From Spirochaetales bacterium (GTDB lineage Bacteria; Spirochaetota; Spirochaetia; SZUA-6; RPPD01): a stretch of 64,000 nt of DNA. Shown piece after piece: positions 37,162-46,891 of the stretch. The notes under the pieces were generated by a model. It did not search any database, was not told the DNA's origin, and worked only from the letters and a program-made list of their open reading frames with translations. How positions within the stretch are numbered: the stretch's first letter is position 1; each line of letters starts with the position of its first letter. The stretch is taken from the NCBI GenBank assembly GCA_016934415.1, contig JAFGSW010000063.1:20043-84042 (forward strand), given 5' to 3'. The translations under genes and the position numbers were made by a program.

Positions 37162-39240
37162 ATGAGCTACGCCACCTCTTCCATCAGGAATATCGCTTTG
37201 TGCGGACACGGGAGCACGGGAAAAACCACGCTCACCGAGCAGCTGCTCGCGACCGGCGGCGCCATTTCCAAGGCGGAGGCGGTCGAATCGGGAAAATCGA
37301 CGAGCGATTTTACCGAAGAGGAAATCGCGAGAAAAATATCGATTCATACCTCGCTTTCGAATCTCGTTTGGAACGGCGTGAAGATCAACGTCCTCGATAC
37401 GCCGGGCGTGGCCGATTTCGTGGGCGAGGCGGTGGCGGCGTACCGGGCCGCCGAGTGCGCCATCGTGCTCGTCGGCGCCGACGTGGGCGTGCAGATCGAA
37501 ACCGTTAAAATCTGGCGGCGCCTTTCCAAAATCCAGTACCCGCGGGTCTTTTTCGTCAACAAGATGGATAAGGAACACGCCGATTTCGAGAAAACATTGG
37601 CCGATCTGAAGGGCAAATTCAACGCCTCCTTCGTCCCCGTCTCCATCCCCATCGGCAAGGGAGCGGGATTCAAGGGCGTCATCGATCTTCTTAAAATGAA
37701 GGCCTCTACTTCGGGCGAAAACGCAAAATCGGCCTCCGAGGATATCCCGGCCGATATGGTTGCGGAGGCCAAAAAATACCGCGACGCGCTCATTGAGGCG
37801 GCGGCCGAGGGCGACGACAAGCTCATCGAAAAATTCTTCGCCACCGGCACCTTGTCGGAAGAAGAGATTCTCACCGGCCTGCGCAAGGCCCTGGCAAACG
37901 GCAGACTTTTTCCTGTGCTCTGCGGCGCGGCGGTGGACAATCGCGGCGTCGCCGCCCTGCTCGACTTCATCGTCACCGCCTGTCCGTCTCCCGGCGGCGA
38001 GGTCAAGGGGTTCGATCTGAAGGGTCAGGAAACCGTTCGCCGCGTCGATTCTTCCGAACCGCTCTCCTGCTTCCTGTTCAAGACCGTCATCGACCAGTTC
38101 TCCGGCCGGATGTCGTTCGTCAAGGTCGTCTCCGGCAAATTGTTGAACGACTGCGACCTCATCAACGTCCGCGGCGAAAAGAAGGAAAAGTCCGGGAAGC
38201 TTCATTCCCTGATCGGGAAAAAACTCACCGACGTCGACGCGCTCGAAACCGGCGACATCGGCGTGCTCCTGAAACTCCAGAGCGTCGCCACCAATGACAC
38301 GCTCTGTACTCCCGATTCACTCGTGAAATACGAGCCGCTCGCCCTGCCCCAGCCCGTTCACGGGGTGGCCATATCCGCGACGTCGAAAAAAGAAGAAGAC
38401 AAACTCAACCAGATGCTTCAGCGCGCCGCCGAAGAGGACCCGACCTTCAAGCTTTCCTTCAACGCTGAAACCAAGGAAACGGTCGTTTCCTGCATGGGCG
38501 AACTCCACCTTTCCATCGTCCTCGACAAGATCAAGGAAAAACAAAAGATCGATATCGAGACGCGCATCCCCAAAGTGGCCTACCGCGAAACCCTGCAGGC
38601 GGCCTCGGGCGCCGAATATACGCACAAGAAACAGACCGGCGGCCACGGCCAGTATGCCAAGGTCGTCCTTGAAATCGCGCCCCTGCAGCGGGGCGAACAG
38701 TTCAAATTCGTCAACGCCATCTTCGGCGGGGCCATTTCGAAAGGCTACGTGGCGGGCGTCGAGAAGGGCGTCATCGAGGGCATGGAACACGGCATTCTCG
38801 CCGGTTACCCGATCGTTGATTTGGAAGCCAAGGTCGTGGACGGCAAGGAACACCCGGTCGATTCGTCGGAAATGGCCTTCAAGCTCGCCGCGCGCGGCGC
38901 GCTCAGGTCCGCCATGGAAAAAGCCAAGCCCGTGCTCCTTGAGCCGGTCATGAACCTCACCGTCTACGTGGACGAGAATTACCTGGGAGACATACTCTCG
39001 GACATTTCCAGCCGGCGCGGCAAGGTGCTCGGCCAGGAGCCGATCGGGGGAGGCATCCTCGAAGTGCGCGCCCAGGTGCCGCAGTCCGAACTTCTTCGCT
39101 ATTCGATCGACCTCAAATCGATCACCTCGGGGACGGCGTCCTTTGAGATTGAATTCGATCACTACAGCCCCATTTCGGGCAAGATTGCCGACGACGTAAT
39201 CAAGGCGGCGCAGGTGGCCAAGGAAGAGGCGAACGCTTAA
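37162..39240 (+). CDS. fusA: Elongation factor G family GTPase (stand-alone paralog, EF-G2-like)
   Basis: G-domain AHGSTGKTT...DTPGVADF...NKMD. 692 aa. AAAGGAG ribosome-binding site. Not located in an str operon context. Confidence 0.85.
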   Translation: MSYATSSIRNIALCGHGSTGKTTLTEQLLATGGAISKAEAVESGKSTSDFTEEEIARKISIHTSLSNLVWNGVKINVLDTPGVADFVGEAVAAYRAAECAIVLVGADVGVQIETVKIWRRLSKIQYPRVFFVNKMDKEHADFEKTLADLKGKFNASFVPVSIPIGKGAGFKGVIDLLKMKASTSGENAKSASEDIPADMVAEAKKYRDALIEAAAEGDDKLIEKFFATGTLSEEEILTGLRKALANGRLFPVLCGAAVDNRGVAALLDFIVTACPSPGGEVKGFDLKGQETVRRVDSSEPLSCFLFKTVIDQFSGRMSFVKVVSGKLLNDCDLINVRGEKKEKSGKLHSLIGKKLTDVDALETGDIGVLLKLQSVATNDTLCTPDSLVKYEPLALPQPVHGVAISATSKKEEDKLNQMLQRAAEEDPTFKLSFNAETKETVVSCMGELHLSIVLDKIKEKQKIDIETRIPKVAYRETLQAASGAEYTHKKQTGGHGQYAKVVLEIAPLQRGEQFKFVNAIFGGAISKGYVAGVEKGVIEGMEHGILAGYPIVDLEAKVVDGKEHPVDSSEMAFKLAARGALRSAMEKAKPVLLEPVMNLTVYVDENYLGDILSDISSRRGKVLGQEPIGGGILEVRAQVPQSELLRYSIDLKSITSGTASFEIEFDHYSPISGKIADDVIKAAQVAKEEANA

Positions 39241-39310
39241 TTCCGGCTCCGCCGGAAATTAAGCGACATGAACAAGCCGTAAGAAAATGGATTGAGTGCC
39301 TATTCAAAAA

Positions 39311-39345
39311 GAGGCCGCCGGTTCCGCCGGCGGTCTCTTTTTTTG
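39311..39345. terminator. Bidirectional rho-independent terminator between the EF-G gene (+) and hypE (-)
   Basis: GAGGCCGCCGG-ttcc-GCCGGCGGTCTC flanked by AAAAAG on the left and TTTTTTT on the right. Confidence 0.75.
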
Positions 39346-39354
39346 ATTCTATCT

Positions 39355-40377
39355 TCAGCAGATGCGCGGCAGCATGTCCGCAACGAGCATGTCGACAATG
39401 CGCGTTCCGCCCGCCTTTGTATTCAAATACACCCGGCTTAAAGGATCGTCGGTGACTGTGCCGATGATGGCCGCGTCCTTGGATGCTGGCCGTGAACCCA
39501 AGTGCGCGAGGATGTCTTCGGCCGTATTTTCCTCACAGACGAGGATGAACTTTCCTTCGTTCGCGAGGTACAACGGATCGTAACCGGTCAATTCGCACAA
39601 TGCCAGCACCTCGTCGCGCACGGGCAGCGCCGATTCGTCGATTTCAATCGAACATGTGGAGGATCGCGCCAACTCAACCAACGTCGTAGCCAATCCGCCG
39701 CGGGTGGGATCGCGCATGAAGCGTACGGCCGGCGGCGGGAACCGTTCGAGGGTTGCGAGAACGACCCCGGACAGGGGCCGGCAATCGCTCTCGATCTCAA
39801 ATGAGACGGGAAAATCGCCCCTGGCCTTCATGATGGCGGCGGCGTGGTCGCCGAGCGTCCCGCTCACGATCACCCGGTCTCCGGGCCGGACGGCGAGAGG
39901 CGAAAGCGCGGCTCTGAATTCGCACGTGCCGATCCCGCTCGTGTTGACGAACAGGCCGTCGGCTTTTCCCCGCGGCACGACCTTGGTGTCCCCCGTGACG
40001 ATCGCCACGCCGGCCTCGTCCGCCGCGATCTTCATCGAGCGGACGATCGCAGCCATATCTTTGAGGGGAAATCCGTCCTCGATGACGAAGGCGGCGCTCA
40101 AGTACCTGGGCCGGGCGCCGGCGACGGCGAGGTCATTGACCGTGCCCGACACGGCGAGCCGTCCGATGTCTCCTCCCGGGAAAAACAGCGGCTGCACCAC
40201 GTACGAATCGGTCGTGAAGGCCAATCCGTATTCGTGCGCGGGCAGAATGGCGCTGTCAAGCAAAGCCTCGAGGAAACGATTGTCGAGCGCCGGCAGAAAC
40301 GTCTTTTCGATGAGATCATGCATGGCCTTCCCGCCGTTGCCGTGGGCGAGGGTGATCGTCTTGCCTTTGGATGTCAT
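39355..40377 (-). CDS. hypE: Hydrogenase maturation protein HypE
   Basis: N-terminus MTSKGKTITLAHGNGGKAMHDLIEK. AIR-synthase-like fold. C-terminus ...PRIC with the conserved terminal cysteine. Confidence 0.9.
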   Translation of the reverse strand: MTSKGKTITLAHGNGGKAMHDLIEKTFLPALDNRFLEALLDSAILPAHEYGLAFTTDSYVVQPLFFPGGDIGRLAVSGTVNDLAVAGARPRYLSAAFVIEDGFPLKDMAAIVRSMKIAADEAGVAIVTGDTKVVPRGKADGLFVNTSGIGTCEFRAALSPLAVRPGDRVIVSGTLGDHAAAIMKARGDFPVSFEIESDCRPLSGVVLATLERFPPPAVRFMRDPTRGGLATTLVELARSSTCSIEIDESALPVRDEVLALCELTGYDPLYLANEGKFILVCEENTAEDILAHLGSRPASKDAAIIGTVTDDPLSRVYLNTKAGGTRIVDMLVADMLPRIC

Positions 40378-40406
40378 TTATCTTTTCACCTTCAGTTAAT
40401 AATTCT

Positions 40407-40623
40407 AAAAGGAAACCAGGAAAAATTACAGTGAAAATAAACACTCCTCATCATGACCCAACGAACCATATTTTCAGGAAGCTCAGAGCAGAAATAATGA
40501 AAATAAATTATCTACAAAATGGTCAACTGAATTTTAACATAAATAGTTATTGTTTTTTCAAATTTTTCTGAACGTCTTTTCGTTTTCATATTTTTCTTTT
40601 TTCCTGGATTCCTGGTTTCCTTA
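40407..40623. repeat. MITE-like element copy C (217 bp)
   Basis: Left AAAAGGAAACCAGGAAAAA. Right TTTTCCTGGATTCCTGGTTTCCTTAT. AT-rich interior that shares GTTTTCATATTTTT with copy B. Confidence 0.65.
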
Positions 40624-40642
40624 TTATTTCCTTTTGAGAGAA

Positions 40643-41563
40643 TTACGTCCCCTCGATCACCACCAGACCGCCCAGGCGGCGCGGATCGAGGTTCACTGTT
40701 TTAACGAGTTTGGCCATGGCCTCTCTGGGAAAGGACGCATCTCGAACGAATTCACTTCCAATCTGCCAAAAGGCTTTTTCCTGTTCCAGCCAGCGAACGA
40801 CGGCGCAGAAAACCATTTTCTTCCCGATTCCGCCGACAGCGTCGACTTGGACGCTGATGATCCCGCCCTGCTCCAGGCTGTCGCGACTCAAGAGAAGCAA
40901 TTTTGCGCCCTCCGTGGATATGTCGATCAGGTATCCATCGATTGAATTATTCACGACCGCCTTGGTGAAAATGCTGTGCCGTTGGAGCCGCCGTAGGTAC
41001 ATTCCGGACTCGACGGGTTTCACTTCCGCCTCGTTCCCGACTTTCGTCATTCTCTTGGCGGCGGTAATTCGCGTGCCGGCCACGCTCCCCCCGCCCTTCC
41101 ACGCGCACTCTTTTCCTTCCCGGTCGATGAAGACGAGATGAAAGGCGTCGAGGGCGATTTTGGCCGAAAGGAGGCCGATTCCGAACCGGTTGAAGCCGTG
41201 GCGTTCGCGATATTCCTGAAATTTAAGACTCGTAAAGTCCGGTTTTTTCGATTCGTCGTTGATGTCGATCGGAAGGGTTGAGAGATCGAATCCGCCCCCG
41301 AAATCCGTCACGATGATCTTCAGGAAATTTCCGGAAACCATGAGGTCGACCGATACTTCCTTGTCGATCTTCCGCTCATGGAGGGCGCGCAGGGAATTGG
41401 TCACGAGCTCGGTAAGGGCGTACCGCAGGATGATATTATCGGATTCCTTGACCGGGAAATCGATGAGCTCGAGTATTTTAAAAAAATCCGAGCCGTTCAG
41501 TTTGGGCGAAAAATGAATGAACAATTCCGTGTAGCAGTTGCCCTTGTAGACGATGTAGTTCAT
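40643..41563 (-). CDS. Fusion protein: GHKL/HATPase_c (anti-sigma-factor/serine-kinase-like) N-domain plus PilZ c-di-GMP-binding C-domain
   Basis: N-domain ...ILRYALTELVTNSLRALHERK...IIVTDFGGGFD. C-domain RRLQRHSIFTKAVVNNSIDGYLIDISTEGAKLLL (PilZ RxxxR ... D/NxSxxG). GGGAG ribosome-binding site. Sits between hypD and hypE. Confidence 0.65.
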   Translation of the reverse strand: MNYIVYKGNCYTELFIHFSPKLNGSDFFKILELIDFPVKESDNIILRYALTELVTNSLRALHERKIDKEVSVDLMVSGNFLKIIVTDFGGGFDLSTLPIDINDESKKPDFTSLKFQEYRERHGFNRFGIGLLSAKIALDAFHLVFIDREGKECAWKGGGSVAGTRITAAKRMTKVGNEAEVKPVESGMYLRRLQRHSIFTKAVVNNSIDGYLIDISTEGAKLLLLSRDSLEQGGIISVQVDAVGGIGKKMVFCAVVRWLEQEKAFWQIGSEFVRDASFPREAMAKLVKTVNLDPRRLGGLVVIEGT

Positions 41564-41700
41564 ATGGCTCCCATAGAATTATATCCATTCTTCAAAAAAT
41601 AAAAAGATCATATTTCATAAAACCTTCGGGAGTCTTTTCCGGGAGACGGCCTCTCGCGCCGGCTCGATCGATCCCGGAAACGCGAACGATGATTCGTTTC

Positions 41701-42792
41701 TCAGGCGTCCCGATACGAGTAATGGATGCCGCAGGCGCCCTCGGCGCTCACCATGCAGGCCCCGAGGGGATTGTCCGGCCGGCAGGTCCGCGCGAACAGA
41801 GGGCAGGCGGGCGGGTCGATCGTCCCCCGCATCACGTCTCCGCACCGGCAGCCCGGGTATTCACGGGGCGGCGGAAGCTCCACCGGGAATCTTCGGTCGG
41901 CGTCAAATCGCGTGTAATCGACCTTGAGCTCCAGGCCCGAACCGGGGATGTTTCCCAGCCCCCGCCAGACCGCGTCCGCAGGAACAAACACGCGCTCCAT
42001 GACACCCCTGGCGGCCGGGTTTCCCTCCCGTCCCACGACGCGCGTGTATTCGTTCTCAACCTCTCCCCGTTTTTCCCTCACCTGGCGCAGGAGCATGAGG
42101 ATGGAGCGCAGCATGTCGGTGGGCTCGAAGCCCGAGACGACGCACGGCACGTGAAATTCGTCCGCGAGGGGCTCGTAGATACGGCCGCCGGCGACGGCCG
42201 TGACGTGGCCCGGACAGATGAAACCGTCGATACGGACGGTCGGGCTCTCGAGCAGGGCGCGCATGGCCGCGGGCATGGTTTTGAGGGCGGTGAGCAGGCT
42301 GAAATTGCGGAGTCCCCGTTCCTCTGCTTCGATCACTGCCGCGGCCGCGGTTGGAGCGGTGGTCTCGAATCCGATGCCGAGAAACACGACCTCCCGCTCC
42401 GGGTTCGCTTGGGCGAACGCCACCGCTTCGAGTGGCGAGAGACATATCCGGATGTCGGCCCCCCTCGCCTTGGCCTCAAGCAGCGAACCGTCCGTCCCCG
42501 GCACGCGCAGCATGTCGCCGAAGGTGGCGACGACGATGCCGGGTCGGGCGGTGAGGGCGAGAGCGGTATCAATGTACCGTTGCGGTGTGACGCACACGGG
42601 ACAGCCGGGGCCGCTCTTCAAGCTCAGCCCCTCGGGGAGAAGCTTCGCGAGTCCGTACTTGAGGGCAGTAAGGGTATGGCCGCCGCAGATTTCCATGAAG
42701 GCGAGCTCTTGCTTCGGCATGAGGCTGCGGATGTCGGCCGCCAGGGCGCGCGATCCGGCCGCGCTGCGAAATTCCTCCATGTACCGGATCAT
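41701..42792 (-). CDS. hypD: Hydrogenase maturation protein HypD
   Basis: Start at MIRYMEEFRS. Motifs GPGCPVCV, CPGHVTAV, FEPTD. Fe-S C-terminus. Confidence 0.9.
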   Translation of the reverse strand: MIRYMEEFRSAAGSRALAADIRSLMPKQELAFMEICGGHTLTALKYGLAKLLPEGLSLKSGPGCPVCVTPQRYIDTALALTARPGIVVATFGDMLRVPGTDGSLLEAKARGADIRICLSPLEAVAFAQANPEREVVFLGIGFETTAPTAAAAVIEAEERGLRNFSLLTALKTMPAAMRALLESPTVRIDGFICPGHVTAVAGGRIYEPLADEFHVPCVVSGFEPTDMLRSILMLLRQVREKRGEVENEYTRVVGREGNPAARGVMERVFVPADAVWRGLGNIPGSGLELKVDYTRFDADRRFPVELPPPREYPGCRCGDVMRGTIDPPACPLFARTCRPDNPLGACMVSAEGACGIHYSYRDA

Positions 42793-43025
42793 TCGTTTTT
42801 CGCCTTCCCTTCGGCCTCCTCGATTTCCCGGAAGAGACGGATCGATTCGGCGGCGTCCTCCTGATCGAGTTTCTGGATGGCGAAACCGGCGTGTACAATG
42901 ACGTAGTCTCCCGGGACTATATCGGGTAGCAATCGGAAGCTCACTTCGTACGTCACACCGCCCGCCTCGACGACGCCCTTGTCGCTTTCTATCGTTTTGA
43001 CTTCCATGGGAATGGCCAGACACAT
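42789..43025 (-). CDS. hypC: Hydrogenase maturation protein HypC
   Basis: Internal start MCLAIPMEV.... 78 aa. Confidence 0.85.
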   Translation of the reverse strand: MCLAIPMEVKTIESDKGVVEAGGVTYEVSFRLLPDIVPGDYVIVHAGFAIQKLDQEDAAESIRLFREIEEAEGKAKNE

Positions 43026-43038
43026 ATCGAAATACCCC

Positions 43039-45363
43039 CTATCCCACGTTTTCCGCGGCCACGACCGCCTGTCCAAGGGCCAACCCTCCGTCATTGCAGG
43101 GCACCCGCTCGTGAACAATCGGTTTCAGGCCGTTATGCTCGATCCTCAGTGCCAGACCTTCGAGCAGGGTCATGTTCATGAAACAACCGCCGCTCAAGAC
43201 GACGTCTTTCAAACCCGTTTTCCGGGCGACGGTTGATACCGTTGAGGCGAGAACGTCCGCCAGACCACGGTGGAATTTCCCCGAGATAGTCGCGGACGAC
43301 GTTCGCTTTCTGGCGTCCATTGCCGCGGACAGAACGACGCCCCGCCAGTCGATGACAATGCCGTCCGATTTTTCTTCGATCGAAAAACGATATCCGTTTT
43401 CATCGCCGGATCCATTTCCCGCAAACGCCTGTTCGAACTCGATCGCCGGCTGGCCCTCGTAGCGGGCTTCGAGGCAGACGCCGGAAATGGCCGACATGGC
43501 GTCGAAGAGTCGGCCGCAACTCGACGTGACCGGCAGCGATAACGATGATTCCAGCTGGGCGGCTGTCACCGCCAGCTTTTGTTCGGGGATACCGGAAAGC
43601 GACGGCGGTAACACGTCCCGCCAGCCGTTTCCGCACGCCTCCCTGAGACAGGCCGCCGCCATGCGCCACGGTTCGCGAACGGCAAGATCCCCGCCCGGCA
43701 TAGCGACGGTTCCCAAATGCGCCCGGCGCTCGAAACGGGCGCGGTCGGCGACGAGTATCTCCCCGCCCCAGACGGTGCCGTCCGTTCCCAGGCCCGTCCC
43801 GTCGAGCGCCACGCCGATGACGGGCCCCCGCAGGCCCCGCTCGGCCATGCAGCTCGCAATATGCGCGTGATGGTGCTGGACCGGGAATTTGAGGGCCGCC
43901 GCCGCCCATTCGAAATCCGGGGGTGGATCGAGCGCGAACTGCGTCGAAAGGTACTGCGGGTGCAGGTCGTGCGCGATGAGCGACGGGGTCACGTCAAGAA
44001 GGGCGAGGAAATGGCGGATCGCATCCAGAAACGCCCGGTAGGTTTCGCGGTCCTTGAGGTCGCCGACGTGCTGACTTAAGAATGCCGAATCGCCGTGGGC
44101 GAGGCAGACGGTGTTTTTCAACTCGGCGCCCACGGCCAGCACCGGGCGCTTGAGCGCAGTCCGCATCACGACCGGGGAGGGCGTGAAGCCCCTCGCCCGC
44201 CTGATCGGGTAATCGCCTCCCCGGAACAGCCGGACGACCGAATCGTCGGCTCTGGTCTGGATGTCCCGGTCACCCTGGAGAAAATAATCGCATATGGGTG
44301 AAAGCCTGTGCAGCGCCTCGTCGTTCCGGCAGGCTATCGGTTCGTCGGAAAAATTGGCGCTGGTCATGACGAGCGGAACGTCGATTCGCGAGAAGAGGAG
44401 GTGCTGGAGCGGCGTGTAGGGGAGCATGAGTCCGAGTGTCGACGATCGGGGGGCGACCGCCTCCGCCAGCCCATGCCCTGGTTTTTTCGGCAGGAGCATG
44501 ATCGGGGCGTCGACGTCGAGAAGGCGCCGTTCCTCGGTTTCCCCGAGCTCGACGAGCCGCCGCGCCGACTCAATGTCCCTCACCATCACCGCCAAAGGCT
44601 TCTCCTCGCGGCGCTTGCGCCAACGAAGGGCGGCGACCGTTTTTTCGTCGTCGGCCCGGCAGGCGATATGAAATCCGCCCAGACCCTTGACCGCGATAAT
44701 GGCGCCGCCGGAAAGCATGGCTGCGGTCCTTTCGATGAGGTCTTTAACCGATGAGGAATCGACGCCGCGGACGATCGTCACGCCGTTGCGGTCGCAGAGA
44801 CTGACATGCGGTCCGCAAACGTGGCAGGCATTGGGCTGGGCGTGGAAGCGCCGGTCGGCCGGGTCGCTGTATTCGCGCTCGCATTCGGGGCACATGGGGA
44901 ACGAAGACATCGTCGTATTGGCCCGGTCGTATGGAATGTCCCGAACGATGGTGAAACGGGGGCCGCAATTGGTGCAGTTGATGTAAGGATAGAAAAACCG
45001 CCTGTCGCGCGGATCAAATAGCTCCCTTCGGCAATCGGGGCAGAGGGCGAGGTCGCGTGAAATCCTGACGATCCGGACGTCGTCCGCGCGGCTCTCCTCG
45101 ATGGTGAACCCGTCAAAGACGGGCGGATTTTCGACCGTGACGCTCTCCACGGATTCCACCCTGCTCTGCGGCGGCGGAGTCTCCCGGACGGCCCGCTCCA
45201 GGGCGGCCACGGCCTCCTCCGTCCCCTGGGCGAGGATCTCGACGCAGCGCGTGGTGTTGGCGACGGTCCCCATGATCCCCAGACCCGCCGCCCGGTTGTA
45301 GACGAAGGGCCTGAAGCCCACTCCCTGAACGACTCCTTTGACGATAATGCGCTTGGTGATCAT
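43039..45363 (-). CDS. hypF: Carbamoyltransferase HypF
   Basis: Start at MITKRIIVKGVVQGVGFRPF (acylphosphatase domain), an ATGA overlap with the hypB stop. Two zinc-finger pairs, YrdC and Kae1-like domains. The 212-aa ORF-track N-terminal extension is arginine-rich and probably spurious. Confidence 0.9.
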   Translation of the reverse strand: MITKRIIVKGVVQGVGFRPFVYNRAAGLGIMGTVANTTRCVEILAQGTEEAVAALERAVRETPPPQSRVESVESVTVENPPVFDGFTIEESRADDVRIVRISRDLALCPDCRRELFDPRDRRFFYPYINCTNCGPRFTIVRDIPYDRANTTMSSFPMCPECEREYSDPADRRFHAQPNACHVCGPHVSLCDRNGVTIVRGVDSSSVKDLIERTAAMLSGGAIIAVKGLGGFHIACRADDEKTVAALRWRKRREEKPLAVMVRDIESARRLVELGETEERRLLDVDAPIMLLPKKPGHGLAEAVAPRSSTLGLMLPYTPLQHLLFSRIDVPLVMTSANFSDEPIACRNDEALHRLSPICDYFLQGDRDIQTRADDSVVRLFRGGDYPIRRARGFTPSPVVMRTALKRPVLAVGAELKNTVCLAHGDSAFLSQHVGDLKDRETYRAFLDAIRHFLALLDVTPSLIAHDLHPQYLSTQFALDPPPDFEWAAAALKFPVQHHHAHIASCMAERGLRGPVIGVALDGTGLGTDGTVWGGEILVADRARFERRAHLGTVAMPGGDLAVREPWRMAAACLREACGNGWRDVLPPSLSGIPEQKLAVTAAQLESSLSLPVTSSCGRLFDAMSAISGVCLEARYEGQPAIEFEQAFAGNGSGDENGYRFSIEEKSDGIVIDWRGVVLSAAMDARKRTSSATISGKFHRGLADVLASTVSTVARKTGLKDVVLSGGCFMNMTLLEGLALRIEHNGLKPIVHERVPCNDGGLALGQAVVAAENVG

Positions 45364-46043
45364 GGCCGCGAATTCACAGTATACGGCATTGACCGCCTCC
45401 GTCCAAGCAGCCATTCTGCGAACCGCTCGGTCCCCTCTCCCGAGACGGCCGAACATTCGAAGACGGGCACCTCGGCGTTGACGGCGCTGATATTGTCCCG
45501 GTAGCGTTCCAGGCTCACCGGCAGGTGCGGGATGAGATCGGTCTTGGCGATCACCGCCGCGATCGCCTCCCGGAAAAGGAGCGGGTACTTGAGCGGCTTG
45601 TCCTCGCCTTCGGTGACGCTCAAGACCGCAATCTTTCCGTTTTCGCCGATGTCGAATTCCGCCGGGCAGACGAGGTTGCCGACATTTTCCACGAACACGC
45701 AGACGCCTTCGCCCGCCTCCGGGAGAGGGAGATCTTCCAGGGCTTGAAAGACCGTCTTCGCTCCCAGGTGGCAGGCGCCGTGGGTGAGGATCTGAACGGC
45801 GGGTATGTGGAGCGCCAGGAGCCGGTCGGCGTCCCGGGTGGTTTCCACGTCCCCCTCGAGCACGAAACAAGACAGCCGTTCGCGGAGAAACGGGATGAGA
45901 CGTTCGAGAAGGGCGGTTTTCCCCGAGCCTGGCGAACCGATGATGTTCCACATCACCGCGCGTTTCTCTGCCAGGAAAGCCCTGGTCCGGGCCGCCCATT
46001 CCTCGTTCGCGCTGAGTACGTTCTTATATACCTTCAGGTTCAT
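45360..46043 (-). CDS. hypB: Hydrogenase nickel-incorporation GTPase HypB
   Basis: P-loop GSPGSGKT. ENVGNLVCP motif. Start chosen at MNLKVYKNVL. Confidence 0.85.
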   Translation of the reverse strand: MNLKVYKNVLSANEEWAARTRAFLAEKRAVMWNIIGSPGSGKTALLERLIPFLRERLSCFVLEGDVETTRDADRLLALHIPAVQILTHGACHLGAKTVFQALEDLPLPEAGEGVCVFVENVGNLVCPAEFDIGENGKIAVLSVTEGEDKPLKYPLLFREAIAAVIAKTDLIPHLPVSLERYRDNISAVNAEVPVFECSAVSGEGTERFAEWLLGRRRSMPYTVNSRP

Positions 46044-46407
46044 CGTCCGCAATCTCCATGTCCTCGATATACAGTTCATTGCCCGAGATCGTTTCCACCG
46101 CTCCCCGTCCGCAGCGGCCGCACAGAAAGAACGGCGCCTCGATCTCCCCTTCCCAGCCGCAGGTACGGCAGTGGACGGCGAGTGGAATTTTCTTCAATTC
46201 CAGAGCCGCTCCCTCGAACGCCGTACCAGGGGTGAGCGCTTCCCAGGCGAGAAGAAAGCTCTCCGTCACGATCTGGTGGATCTGCCCCATCACGATTCGC
46301 ACTCTGATGACGCGCGCCGCCCGGGAGCCTTTTTTCCCGGCTTGGGACCTTTCGTACTCGGCGGCAAGCGTCTTGAGCATCGATTCGCACATGGAAAGCT
46401 CATGCAT
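46024..46407 (-). CDS. hypA: Hydrogenase nickel-insertion protein HypA
   Basis: MHELSMCES N-terminus and two CxxC pairs (CRTCG ... CGRCG). Confidence 0.85.
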   Translation of the reverse strand: MHELSMCESMLKTLAAEYERSQAGKKGSRAARVIRVRIVMGQIHQIVTESFLLAWEALTPGTAFEGAALELKKIPLAVHCRTCGWEGEIEAPFFLCGRCGRGAVETISGNELYIEDMEIADDEPEGI

Positions 46408-46879
46408 CACCCGCGACCTTTTTCACCAACCCGGTTTCGGACGCGATCTCCTTCAGATACTCGTCAAAACGGCATTCGAGCGAGGCTGACAAGCCGCGGC
46501 CCAATTCGATCCGTTCCGGCTCGATCCCGAAAAAAACGATTTCCGGCGGCCCCGAGCCCACGCGTCCCGCGACATTGACGATCTCGAAGACGTCGCCCTC
46601 GTGCAAGCTCATGTGCCGCAGGACCTTCTTCGAACGGGCTTCGTCGCGAGTGAATTTGATTATCGTTCCCGGTTTTTCGCCCATGAGCGCGCAGTCGATG
46701 ATGACGGCCTTGGCTTTGTTTTCAAGCACGTGCACCACATTGAAAAGGGACGTGCCGAGGTCATACACCTCGACGCCCGAGCAATCATAGCGGCGCTCAA
46801 GCTCTTCGGCCAGCCGCCCGCCGATGCCCTCGTCCCCGGCAAGCGGGTTTCCCAGACCGACGACGGCTATTTCTGCCAT
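46400..46879 (-). CDS. [NiFe]-hydrogenase maturation endopeptidase (HyaD/HybD/HycI family)
   Basis: Internal start MAEIAVVGLGNPLAGDEGIG.... About 159 aa. The ORF-track N-terminal extension runs into the hairpin element. Confidence 0.8.
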   Translation of the reverse strand: MAEIAVVGLGNPLAGDEGIGGRLAEELERRYDCSGVEVYDLGTSLFNVVHVLENKAKAVIIDCALMGEKPGTIIKFTRDEARSKKVLRHMSLHEGDVFEIVNVAGRVGSGPPEIVFFGIEPERIELGRGLSASLECRFDEYLKEIASETGLVKKVAGDA

Positions 46880-46891
46880 ATGCTCATCACT

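Noticed and set aside
36944-37508. Small ORFs upstream of the EF-G gene (36944..37150 minus, 37032..37508 plus)
   Set aside because: They overlap the EF-G gene and the repeat element B, have biased composition and no motifs. Probably non-coding.
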